Assembly: GCA_963813025.1 (NCBI GenBank) | Contig: CAWEXO010000013.1 | Coordinates: 288,001 to 352,000 of the forward strand | Length of the DNA: 64,000 nucleotides | Reading direction: 5' to 3' | Source of the DNA: an uncultured Verrucomicrobiae bacterium | GTDB lineage: Bacteria; Verrucomicrobiota; Verrucomicrobiia; Chthoniobacterales; JAFAMB01 | Shown here: positions 41,445 through 52,531 of the stretch, one piece after another | Position numbering within the stretch: the first letter of the stretch is position 1 | How the letters are laid out: every line of letters begins with the position of its first letter | The notes under the pieces: model-generated | Told to the model about the DNA's origin: nothing | What the model saw: the letters and a program-made list of their open reading frames with translations, nothing else | The model's database searches: none | Made by a program: the position numbers and the translations under genes

Positions 41445-42329
41445 ATGATGAAGAAGGTCCGCACTGCGACTCTGGAAATTGCCTATCAGGAAAGCGGTCC
41501 ACTGGACGGTCCGCCGGTTCTTCTGCTGCACGGCTGGCCCTCCGATCCGCATGACTATGATGACGCGGGGCCGTTACTGGCCGACGGCGGATGTCGCGTG
41601 CTGGTTCCGTGGCTGCGTGGCTTCGGGTCGACCCATTTTCTTGATCGAGCGACGCCACGCTCCGGCCAGCAGGCGGCGCTCGGTGCGGATGTGCGCGACT
41701 TCATGGATGCGCTCGGCATCGAGCACGCACTGCTCGTCGGTTACGATTGGGGCGGGCGGGGCGCGTGCGTGACCGCGGCCCTGTGGCCCGAGCGCGTGCG
41801 CGCCCTGGTGTCGATCACCGGCTATAACATCCAGGACATTCCCGCGGCGGGCCGGCCGGCCTCGGCCCCGCAGGAACATCGCTATTGGTACCAGTGGTAT
41901 TTCAACACCGAGCGCGGGCGTGCCGGGTTGCAGCAGAATCGCCGGGACATCTGCCGATTGCTGTGGCAACTCTGGTCACCCAACTGGCGCTTCGACGACG
42001 CAATGTTCGAAGCGACGGCGGCGAGTTTCGACAATCCGGATTTCGTCGCGGTGACGATACAGTCCTATCGGCATCGCTATGGCAACGCCCCGGGTGATCC
42101 GGCGCTGGAACCGCTGGAGGAGCTTCTGACCGAGCGGCCGCCGATCAGGGTACCGACCATAGTGTTGCACGGTGCGTGCGACGGTGTCGGGCCAGCCGAG
42201 GTGTCCGAGAATCACGCGCGGCATTTCACCGCGAAGTACGAGCGGCGCGTGATCCCTGTCGCTGGCCATTTCCTGTCGCGCGAGATGCCGGGCGCCCTGG
42301 TGCAGGCGGTGCATGACTTGCTCCTGTAA
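41445..42329 (+). CDS. Alpha/beta hydrolase (epoxide-hydrolase-like)
   Basis: LLHGWP, LRGFG, GYDWGG, LHGACDG, GHF. Confidence 0.9.
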   Translation: MMKKVRTATLEIAYQESGPLDGPPVLLLHGWPSDPHDYDDAGPLLADGGCRVLVPWLRGFGSTHFLDRATPRSGQQAALGADVRDFMDALGIEHALLVGYDWGGRGACVTAALWPERVRALVSITGYNIQDIPAAGRPASAPQEHRYWYQWYFNTERGRAGLQQNRRDICRLLWQLWSPNWRFDDAMFEATAASFDNPDFVAVTIQSYRHRYGNAPGDPALEPLEELLTERPPIRVPTIVLHGACDGVGPAEVSENHARHFTAKYERRVIPVAGHFLSREMPGALVQAVHDLLL

Positions 42330-42599
42330 CCAGTTCCTTGGGTCAGATGAGTAACGGTGCCAGATCTCTGGAAATGAAATAAGCAGATCACCGCAGAAAT
42401 CCGGGTGGACGGCCTGCCGGTCTTTGAAGTCTTTGAAGTCAAGAGCGTTTCCGGCGCGCCCAAGCTACGGGCCTATTCTGCCCCGACAGACGAGCTATTT
42501 TGACACCGGGGAACATTCGCATTAGCATGTGTATGTGCGTACTGCGAAGAAGCTCATAAAACTAAATGTATAAATTACTGAAAATGAGCATCTTATAAA

Positions 42600-42657
42600 G
42601 GTAGATCTGCGCCCTTTGGAGGCGTTATTCATGGTTCGAATCCATGCGCGACAGCCA
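42600..42657 (+). tRNA. tRNA-Gln(TTG) 3' fragment / pseudo-tRNA, probable att site
   Basis: Anticodon arm gcgcc-ctTTGga-ggcgt, T arm catgg-ttcgaat-ccatg and 3' cgcgacagCCA; the 5' acceptor strand does not pair. Confidence 0.75.
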
Positions 42658-42684
42658 ACCCTTATTCTCCCAGCGAAACGGCAG

Positions 42685-43180
42685 TGATTCCCATTGGGCC
42701 AATGCGTAGCTGACAGCTTTGCCCATCGTGCTCTTTAGCAGGAATTGCCGGGTGAGGTACCACCGTTGCAGGACATAATGGATTCGTTTGCAAATGGGCA
42801 TACTCTGGCTGATGCGATGAGCATCTCGCAGCGCCGGGCCGGCCCGTTGACGCCGTAAGCTTCTTTCAATGTCGTAGAGGTGACCGATCTGGCGCAGGAT
42901 CCAGATGGCTTCTTTGGGTGCATGATCGAGGGCTTCGTAAAAGCCCCGCCGGGCATGTGCCCAACATCCGGCTAGCAGTACCGGCCGGCCCGCGATGGCG
43001 CGATGCCTCGCGAAGTGATCGTAAGGCGCTATAGCCGTCACACTGGATCGTACCGCTAAAGTCCATTGGGATCAGTTTATCCAGACACTCCGCCTCTCGA
43101 GTCGTGTACCACTCAAAGAGCACATCTTCACCCGGCCGATGCGCCACCCACAGATAGCCCTGGCCTGTCTTTCCATTGAC
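42685..43180 (-). mobile_element. IS66 family transposase (TnpC) fragment
   Basis: GKTGQGYLW, IQCDGY, GCWAHARRGF, MGKAVSYAL.QW. Confidence 0.88.
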
Positions 43181-43181
43181 A

Positions 43182-43720
43182 GTTGACCAGGGGAATGAAA
43201 CCTACTTAAAGGCAAGTGGTCCTACCCGTATCGTGCGGTGGATTCTTCCGACGCCAGGATCGACTTCTTGCTCTCGGCCAAACGCGATGCAGCGGTCGCC
43301 GAGCGTTTCCTAAATAAAGCCTCGCCCTGGGAGGTGCCAACCGTTCCGAGCAGCGCGTTATTAACACCGACGAACACGCCCCTTAGCTACCCGCCATCGT
43401 GCACTGAAGCCGAAGCTGCTCTGGAGGAAAACCGTCACCACCGACCTGTGCAGTACCTCAACAATGTCCTTGAACAGGATCACCGGACGATCAAACGCCG
43501 GTGCGCGCAAGCGAACATTTTCGCTCCTTCTGAGGGCTTGGCGCACGAAGCCCCAGTTACGAGGCCATCCACATGATCCGCAAAGGTCAAGCGTGCGGAA
43601 GGGCGCCGGCGGCGAGGGTCAATCTGCTTCATCGCTTCATTATTAGTATGCTCGGAATGAAAGTTTGATTCATTCAGTTATCTGACTCACCTGTATTCGA
43701 ATTTCAAAGTTGCAACAGTA
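43182..43720 (+). mobile_element. IS6 family transposase fragment
   Basis: ETYL..KW.Y.YRAVDS, IDFLLSAKRD, YLNNVLEQDHR.IKRR, YEAIHMIRKGQ; IR-like aaagttgcaacag near 43706. Confidence 0.88.
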
Positions 43721-44046
43721 GATGTCGCACCGCTGCGAGATTTCTGGGCTGGGGGTCCTTCCTGATTCGGGATAGCCGACCTTCCTTCTCGCCTAGCTGA
43801 TGTTGTCACCGCCCTACAGTGCCGGTCTTTGGCACGATTGCCGAGATTGCGCCCATTCCCTGATAAAGTACATAGTCCTAGGTGAGCCGCCGACCAGTCC
43901 TGCTCCAGCTATTCTCATCTCAGAATCGATCGGCGGAAAGTCCGCGAGAGAAGGCGAAGTGCAGCCGTACCCTGGGCAAGATGAGCAATTGACAATCAAA
44001 ATGGCGAGACCTACCATTTGAGCGGCATACGCTCAAGTGGTAAATT

Positions 44047-45091
44047 GTGGCTCGACCCCCCGATCCCTAATGCTGAAGGTATGCCAGTATTACTATTCCA
44101 AGGACCCATTAACAATGTCCCAGATCGGCGAACGTCTGGGAATTTCCCGGCACCGGGTGGGACGCTTATTGCGGGAGGCTATCGAAACAGGCGTCGTAAA
44201 GATTGAAATTCAATCTCCCTTCCGGCAAGAGCATGGAAATCGAGCAAGCGCTGGAGGACGCGTTCGGCCTGAACGCTTCGCTTGTCGTCGAGGTCAATCC
44301 AGACTTGCCGCTCCGAAGATATCAAACTGACGACATGCAAAGCAGGCGCTGAGTTTCTGCGGGAACTTATAAAGGCCCATCACACAATTGGTGTGGGTTG
44401 GGGCACTACTACCTTCGAGCTTATCAATCAGCTCGAGCCTCTGGAGATCAAGGGCGCTACGGTGGTTCAGATTACGGGCGGCAACAAACGACTCTCCGTC
44501 CAGTTCGATTGTCACGAAGTTACGCGCCGTCTAGCACAGAAGTTATCTGTCGACCCGATGCTTCTGCACGCCCCGGGTGTCGTTGACAAAAAGGAGACAC
44601 GCGAACTACTCATGCGCGAGAGCGCGATCGCCGAGACCTTCAGACATTTCGATAAACTCGACATCGTCATCGTAGGCATCGGTGCAATCGTGCCGAAAGG
44701 TCAGATCCATGCTCATTGACAGCGGCTACGTGGCCGGCGCGGAACTGAAGTCCCTGAAACAAGCTGGGGCCGTAGGGCGATGTTTTCTCGTACTTCATTA
44801 ACGATAAAGGTGAAATCCTCCAGACAGAGATTTACGATCGCTCCATAACCATCGGCGTAGAGCAGATTCGTAATGTTCCCACCCGCGTGGGTGTAGCGAC
44901 GGGAGCAGAAAAATCGCGAGCCGTTGCAGCCGCAATACAGCGGCGGCTTTGTCAACACACTGATCGTTGACAGCCTTCTCGCCCAGGCATTGCTGGCACA
45001 TTACGCTGCTCACCGAAGGCCGGGTCAACTTAAGGAGCAGGCAAGCAGCGCAACGCCGGGTCGATGGACCGGTCCGGTCGATACAAGTTAG
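44047..45091 (+). pseudogene. SorC/LsrR/DeoR-type sugar-binding transcriptional regulator, frameshifted
   Basis: YYY...TMSQIGERLGISRHRVGRLL..A...GVV.I HTH; IGVGWGTT; VGIG; GAVG; NTLIVD. Confidence 0.85.
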
Positions 45092-45155
45092 TGAAGCTGC
45101 CGCCTGCGCAGGGTGACTGGAAACTATTTTGTTCACTAAACAGAGCCAAACATGA

Positions 45156-46695
45156 ATGCGAAACAATGTGATAAAGTGGCCGGAGGTCACTGGCCAGTTC
45201 AACAGCTACCCTGCACCGGAAGGCGAGCAACTTGAAATAGATGGCGAGTCGCGACGCAGCTTCCTCAGCAAAATGATCGTCGCGGGCGCCGCTACCGCCC
45301 TGGCAGGCTTCCCGTACATCCGCGCGCGAGGCGCCGAGACTCCGCCCAGCATTAAGTTCGGGCTGCTGGAGGATAGATCAGGAAACTTTTCGATCTTCGG
45401 CATCAACAAGTGGCATGGCACTCAGCTAGCGATCAAAGAGATCAACGAGGGCTGGACGCTTGAGGGCGGCGTGCAAGGACCGGGCGGTCCGGGTGTGTTT
45501 GCTAAAGTCGCACCGAAGCCGCCAACGGTGAACATCAAGGAAATAGTCAGTCGAGGTGGTGACGAAACAGAAGCTGATACGGTCTGGAATGAAGCGGACG
45601 AATACTTGGTCAAGTCAGGCGAAAACGGCGTTTTGGGTCGCCAGATCGAGCTCATTGCGCCCGATCCGCAATCGGATAACACCCAATTTCAGTCGCTCTC
45701 GCGAAGGCTCATTTTAGAGGACAAGGTCGACGTAATCATGGCCGGGTTCGCCAGCGCCGAGCGCGAGGCGATTCGCCCGATCATGGACCAGAATAAGATG
45801 CTCTACTTCTACAACAATCAGTATGAGGGCGGGGTCGCGGACAAATACACATTCTGCACCGGGCGCGCTCCCGGAGCAGCAGATCGTGCCGGTCATGCAG
45901 TATATGATCAAGAACTTCGGACCGAAGAATTTACACTCTCGCCGCCGACTACAACTTCGGGCAATTGAGCGCGGCATGGACCCGCGCCATGGCGCCCATT
46001 CTAAACGCGGAGGTTATCCATGAGGAGTTTATCCCCTTGAGCGTCTCCCAGTTTAGCTCGACCATCGCGCGTATCCAGGAAGCCAAGCCAGATTGGCTCA
46101 TGATGTACATCACTGGCCAAAACCACTCGAATTACTATCCTCAGGCCAGATGCCGCAGGGGTCAAGATTCCAATGGGATCGAGCATCAACATCGCGCAAG
46201 GTTACGAGCATCGGCGGTTCAAGCCTCCAGCGCTGGCGCGGTTCCATGTCACGGCGAGCTACATGGAAGAAATCCCAACTCCGCGCAACCGAAAGTTCGT
46301 CGAGCGATGGCGGAAGATGTTTCCCGATGAGCCGTATATGGCCATGGAAGGACACAGCGCCTATGTGGCGACCCACTTGTACGCGAAGGCAGTGCGGCTA
46401 GCCGGGACCACGGACAAGGAGACGGTGATTAAGGCGCTTGAATCGGGCATGGGCGTGGAAGCTCCGTCGGGATGGGTCTTTATGGATCCCGCCACACATC
46501 ACCTGAGTCAGTATATTCGCCTTGCGAGCTGCGACGAAAAACACGACATAACTTTTGTGACGGAGTGGCCTCTATATTGAACCGTGGTGGACGCGCCGGC
46601 TGGGGGTCAACCTAGTGCGTCATCCGGAGTCTAAGCAATACATCCCGGACGAGGATCCATTCTTCAAGATGTTCAAGAAAAAAGAGAACGCGTGA
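45156..46695 (+). pseudogene. Urea/short-chain amide ABC substrate-binding protein (UrtA-like), several frameshifts
   Basis: Tat leader SRRSFL; GLLEDRSG, GVLGRQIE, SAEREAIRP, YFYNNQYEGG, ADYNFG. Confidence 0.85.
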
Positions 46696-46870
46696 CCACC
46701 CTTGGCTTCGGAGAAGGCTCTCGCGCGGCTCGTAGTTGACCTCGCAGGTTCGGGACGACGAAAAATATTCGGAGGACATTCATCCACCGTGGAACGCCCC
46801 CGGCAACGCCGGGCGCCATCATGCCACCGCAAAAAACGAAAACATTCAATGTTTCGCAGAGAGTCCGTTT

Positions 46871-47768
46871 ATGGGCCTAAGCTATACGTAAACTTGCTTT
46901 ACCAGTACGTTGACACCATGGCGTTCCTGCTGCTCGCAGCCTTGGCCTGATGATAATCCTCGGCGTGGTGAACGTCATTAATCTCGCCCACGGTGAGCTG
47001 ATCATGATGGGGGCATATATCACCACTCTTTCGTATAACCGCACCCATCTTCCGCTCCCCGTTTGCATGGTGCTCAGCACTATCGGAGTCGGGTTATTTG
47101 GGATGCTGTTGGAACGGTTTGTCATCCGGCGATTCTACGGCGACAAGCTCGCAGCACTTGTCGCCACATGGGGAGTAAGTTTGATCCTGAGTCAAGGTAC
47201 ACTCCTTGTCTTCGGCCCTTCAATGCAGTCGGTGCCGCTGCCAGCGTGGACTTTCTCCTATGGTAACTACTCGTTTGGCGGCTACCGCATACTTCTTTTT
47301 GTTATAGCAATAATGGTGGTGCTCATCGCATGGTGGATCTTCTATTACACTCGCCTCGGTGTGCGCACACGGGCCACTATGCAAAACGCCGATATGGCGC
47401 GGGCCCTCGGAGTGGACACACGCCACATTTACCTTCTTACGTTCGGAGCTGGTTCCGCTCTGGCGGGGCTTACTGGCGCGCTTTATGCTCCCACTACAAC
47501 GATCGTCCCGCTGATGGGCAGCCAGTTCGTTGACGTGGCATTTATAACCGTGGTTATAGGAGGCGGCACTAATCCACTCATTGGCGCGTTGACGAGTGCA
47601 GCGTTGCTGTCGTTGATTGCTACCCCATTGTCCAGCATGTTCGGCACATTCATCGGACGCATCGGGCTGCTCATCGCAGCGCTGGTCGTTATCAGGTTTC
47701 TACCGCGAGGAATCTCGGGGTATTTCCAGGATGTCCGTTACCGGCAAATGGCGAGGGTCGCCTCCTAG
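46871..47768 (+). CDS. Branched-chain/urea ABC permease (UrtB/LivH-like); 5' end frameshifted
   Basis: VINLAHGELIMMGAY, LVATWGVSL, RATMQN..MA..LGV, AFITVVIGG. Confidence 0.88.
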
Positions 47769-48850
47769 ATGGCACGCGTAGTACACAGGCTTGTGGCGAG
47801 TCTTGAACGGGCCTCAGGAGCTTGGTCGCGGGCCGATCTTTTGGTGTTCTATTTGCCTTTGTGGCGCTCGGGCTGCTCGCCTATCCCTTCGTCGGTTCGG
47901 TGTTTGCCTTGTCGAATCTGGCTAACTTCTGTCTTTATGTTCCAATGGGTCTTGGACTCGCGCTCTTGTGGGGATACAACGGCGTTTTGAGCTTTGGGCA
48001 AAGCGCGTTCTTTGCCATTGCGGGTTATGTGTACGGAATCATCGCCGGGAATTTGCTGGACGTGCCCGGCGGGACTTTGTTGGCTGCCGCCGTCGCAATC
48101 GCTGCCTCCGCGGCAATCGCCGCGGCATTCGGGTACTTTGTATTTTACGGTCAAGTCAGCAATTGGATCATTCCATTGCTGTTGCTCGTCCTGTCGCTGA
48201 TTCTTGAAACATTCATGGCGCAAACGGCGGGTTATCAATGGCGCGTGGGGAGCGTCTTGCTTGGCGGGTACAACGGAATGACGAATGTCCCCTCTCTTCA
48301 AATTGGATCAGTGAGTTTCGGCGGCGCTTCTACCGCATTCTATTATCTGGTGATCGCTGTGACACTGATAACCTATCTTGGTCTCAGGCTATTGGTGAAT
48401 TCTCATTTCGGTCACGTTGTGGCGGGAATAAGAGAGGATGTCGAACGGACGCGGATGCTGGGATACAATGTCGCCCTGATTCAGATTCAGGTGTTTGTTG
48501 TGGCGGCAGCGTTGGCTGGCTTAAGCGGGATTCTGTACGTCTCGTGGGGCAATTACATTAACCCGTCTAGCATGGGCCTCCTTGCCGCGACACTACCGGT
48601 AATCTGGACTGCGGTCGGAGGGCGAAGCAGCCTGCTTGCCGTTCTTTTATCGACCGTAGTCTTGCGCTGGCTTGCGGATACTCTAGCTGTAAGAGGCGGC
48701 GAATATGCCTTTCTAATCATGGGGATTCTACTCCTCGTCACGATGCTATTCTTCCCAGCAGGGATCATCGTCACGCTCGCGCGGCTCTGCATGCGCCTGG
48801 AAATCGGCACACCGCGACCTAAAACAAAACGGAGCCCGATGATAGCGCTC
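47769..48850 (+). CDS. ABC permease (UrtC/LivM-like); 5' frameshift, reads through into the ATPase
   Basis: LLWGYNGVLSFGQSAFF, GGYNG, IWTAVGGR. Confidence 0.85.
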
Positions 48851-48870
48851 ACTTCCTCCGTGACCGATGA

Positions 48871-49582
48871 CATGGTGATATTACGGGCCGAGGATCTGAC
48901 AAAGTCTTTTGGAGGGGTTCGTGCGGTCGATCACTTGAATCTTACACTCACGCGTAGCGAACTCCGTTGCCTTATCGGACCGAATGGCGCAGGTAAATCG
49001 ACTTTCTTCGGCTTACTGTCGGGCCTGCATCGACCTGATGCAGGTCACATAATGTTCAAAGGCGAGGAAATTACACAACCTGCAGCCATTTCAACGTGTA
49101 CGAAAAGGTCTATGCCAGAAATTCCAGACTACCCGAATCTACCGGTCGTTAACTGTTGCGCAGAACCTCCTGATCGCTGGTGGAACACCCCGATCGAGCA
49201 GGAGGAAGAATGGCAGGCTGAGCTGGGCGCTTACAACTCTGGGGCTCGACTCGGAGGGCGACGTGCCAGCGGGAGAGCTGTCTCACAGTCATCAACAGTG
49301 GCTTGAGATTTGTCTCGCGCTTGCCACGGAGCCTGACCTTCTTCTATTGGACGAACCGACTCGGGAATGACGCCGGAAGAGACGGAATTGACGGCCCAGT
49401 TCGTCGTCAATCTGAGTCGCCAGGGATTGAGCGTGCTCGTGGTGGAGCACGACATGGCGTTCGTGCGTTATATTGCTCAAGGGGTTACCGTTTTCCACTA
49501 TGGACGCATCTTTACCGAGGGGAGCCTCGACGAGATCGAGTCGAATCAGGAGGTGCGCCGCATCTATCTGGGAGAGCGTTGA
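48871..49582 (+). pseudogene. ABC ATPase (UrtD/LivG-like), frameshifted
   Basis: IGPNGAGKST, LLDEP, VVEHDM, EVRRIYLG distributed over different frames. Confidence 0.85.
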
Positions 49583-49585
49583 ACC

Positions 49586-50296
49586 GTGAGCAGCGCATTG
49601 CTTAGCGTGCAAAACTTGGTGGCGGGATACGGTAGCGGCGATATTCTGCAAGGGGTAACCCTTGAAATCTGGCCCGGCGAAAGGGTCGCGACGATCGGGC
49701 GAAATGGTGTCGGTAAGTCGACTTTGATGAAAACTATTATCGGATTGCTCGCAACCCGTTCCGGCTCCATCTACCTAAGAGGCGAATCCATCTCGCACCT
49801 GCGCGCCGACCAGCGCGCTGCACTTGGCATTGGCTATGTTCCTCAAGGTCGGGAGATCTTTCCCGAACTTACCGTCGAAGAAAACCTAATGATGGGTGAG
49901 ACTATCAACTGTGCGAAAAGAGCACTTCGTTACGACTTGGTCTACGAGTATTTTCCGGTTTTGCGGGAGCGGCGGCGACAAGTCGCCGGAACGTTCAGTG
50001 GTGGTCAACAGCAAATGCTGGCGATTGGTCGTGCGCTCGTTGGGCGTCCAAATCTGCTGCTTCTCGACGAACCCTCGTTGGGAATTCAACCCAGTATCAT
50101 TCAGGGGATCGGCCAGACTTTGGTAAGGCTGAATCTGGAGGAAGAGCTCACGATCATGCTCGTTGAGCAGAATATGCGTCTGATCGAACATGTGGCGGTC
50201 CGGGCATATGCGATGGACAAAGGCCGCATAGTCGCGAGTCTGACCCGTGAGATGCTGAAGGAGCGGGAGGCGTTAGTGGAGTATTTGGCCGTGTAA
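49586..50296 (+). CDS. ABC ATPase (UrtE/LivF-like)
   Basis: GRNGVGKST, YVPQGREIF, SGGQQQML, LDEPSLGIQP. Confidence 0.92.
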   Translation: MSSALLSVQNLVAGYGSGDILQGVTLEIWPGERVATIGRNGVGKSTLMKTIIGLLATRSGSIYLRGESISHLRADQRAALGIGYVPQGREIFPELTVEENLMMGETINCAKRALRYDLVYEYFPVLRERRRQVAGTFSGGQQQMLAIGRALVGRPNLLLLDEPSLGIQPSIIQGIGQTLVRLNLEEELTIMLVEQNMRLIEHVAVRAYAMDKGRIVASLTREMLKEREALVEYLAV

Positions 50297-50369
50297 GGCC
50301 GTCCGGAAAGTAATCTGTGACCGCGACCTGATGCAGCGCTTCCTGTCTGTGTCAACCATAGGAAATCAA

Positions 50370-50954
50370 ATGCCAAAATCAACTTATAGAACATTCTTCA
50401 AGGATCGTTTGAGAGCTGGCTCGACGAACGTGGCCGATATTTACCATACCGTGCGGAAGATACCCTATGGATCAACCGGGGAACGTGATCCCGTAAGAGT
50501 CATCGCAAACAATCTTGGTTCTTGCTCGGGCAAACACATCCTTCTTCGCGATTTGTTGCGAGAGGTCGGTCGGCAGGCCGAGATCATTACCATGTTCACG
50601 CATTTCAATCGAGGCGTTCCTTCGCATCCTCCATGCCTGCAGATCTACGTGCAATGATCAACGGTGAGGAAGTGTGGGATTTTCATCATTACGTCCGCGT
50701 CCGGGATGCGAGAGGGTTGGCACAAGCTCGATGCGACTTGGCACGATGCCTTGATCCCCTATGGCTTTCCTGTCAACAGAGACTGGGAGGGACATAGCGA
50801 CACGGTTCTCGCGGCAACACCTATACGGGAGTATCCCGCAGTGGAGGATCTCATCGCCTGGAAGAAGCAGTTGCTGACACAGCTCACGCCTGAACAGCGT
50901 GAATACCGGGCGAAGTTTTTCGCGCGATTGACCGAGTGGATGATGACACTTTAA
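50370..50954 (+). pseudogene. Transglutaminase-like (Cys-His-Asp) hypothetical protein with one frameshift
   Basis: VRKIPY...GSCSGKH, then FHHYV and LDATW. Confidence 0.65.
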
Positions 50955-50967
50955 CGGAAGGGTTGAA

Positions 50968-52531
50968 ATGGCGCGACTGCGAAGGATATCTTCGTAGGAA
51001 TCGACGCAGGAACAACGGGCAGCAAGGTCGCTCTGTTCGACGCTCAGGCAACGAACTTGGCCCGGCTATCGCGAGTATCGCTGCATCTATCCGCATCCTG
51101 GTTGGATTGAGCAGGACGTTGATGAAGTTTGGAAGGGTATCTGCTGGGCAAGCCGTGCCGCTCGCACGGCCGCCAATGTTGCGGATGACGCTATCCGTTC
51201 GATCGGATTTTCGAGCCAGCGCGGAACTTTCATTCTTCTTGATGAGCGAGAGCATCCGCTCGGCCCCAGCCGTGCTCTGGAACGATAGCCGGGCAAAAGA
51301 TATGGAGTGCGTGCTAACGCAGTGCATCGCGCCCGAGCGATACCGATACATTACGGGAATGCCCGTTTCTGGAAGCTGGGCGATCGCGAAACTGGCATGG
51401 CTGCTCCACAATCGTCACGAACTGATGGAGCGTGCTCGGTACATCTGTAATGGTCAGGAATATTTTCTCCGTCGCTTGGGTGCGGACGTTCTGGAGTCCG
51501 ATCCGTCCGCACTCACACTCAACGGAATGCTCGACATTCGCAAATTGGACTGGAGCCAGGAGGTCTGTGACGCGGCGGGTATCGATCTGACGCTTCTTCC
51601 GCGGGTGGGTAGACCTGGCACAATGGTCGGGTATTTGTCCTTAGCCGCGGCTGAGGAGACCGAGTTGCCGGTGGGTATCGCCTTGTGTCGTGGAGGCGGC
51701 GACCAACAATGCGCCGCCGTTGGCGCGGGTGTAATCAGACAAGGGCTGGCCGAAGTTACAATCGGGACCTCGGCAATGATGGTCGCCCATTTGGAGGATC
51801 CTGAACTCGTGATTGGCCCCGCACCGTACATCGGCGGACACGCGGTTTCGGGCAAATGGGACGCCGAAGGGGGAGCGTTCTCCATCGGGAGTTGCCTAAA
51901 ATGGTGGCGCGACAATTTCGGCGACGTCGAGCGCGCTCGAGCCGAGCAGGAGGGTACCAGCGTCTACGACATGATCATCGCCTCTGTTCGGGAGGTGCCC
52001 GCTGGCAGTCGGGGGATCATTTTTCAGCCATTTTTCGCCGGACAGGTAACCCCGTATTACGACGCCACTGCGCGAGGCGCGTTCCTCGGTCTGGGGCTAA
52101 ATCATGATCGGGCTTGCCTTTTGCGGGCACTCCTCGAGGGCTGCGCCTGCGAGGTGCGTTTCATGGTAGACGGAGTGGCACGCGACCTCGAGGACGGCAT
52201 CTCGGAGTTGCGCGTGACAGGTGGCGCCAGTCGTTCGGATCAATTTATGCAGCTGCACGCCGATATCTTGCGTCGTCCCCTGATCTTGCTACACAATCGC
52301 GAGTGCACGGTGCTTGGCGCTTCGATTTTGGGGGCAGTCGGCTTTGGGTACTTTGCAAGTATCCATGAGGCGGTCCAGGCGATGGTGAGAGTCGGCCGAA
52401 CGATTGAGCCTGACCCTAGGACGGCCGAAATTTATACTCAGTTGTTTGAGGTCTTTCGCTTTTGTTACGAAAAGGCAGCGCAGGCGGGCCTTTATGAAGC
52501 CATCTACGAGTTCCAGCGTAAATATTTTTAG
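50968..52531 (+). CDS. FGGY-family carbohydrate kinase (xylulokinase-like); 5' region frameshifted
   Basis: VGIDAGTTGSK, WND.R, GGGDQQCAAVG, GTS, ARGAFLGL, TGGASRS. Confidence 0.88.

Noticed and set aside
42625..42700. IS66 ORF C-terminus WLSRMDSNHE
   Set aside because: This is the antisense translation of the tRNA T arm, not protein.
47822..49306. Apparent permease-ATPase fusion
   Set aside because: The region has several frameshifts and the ATPase part breaks off out of frame, so the fusion may be an indel artefact; not claimed without read support.
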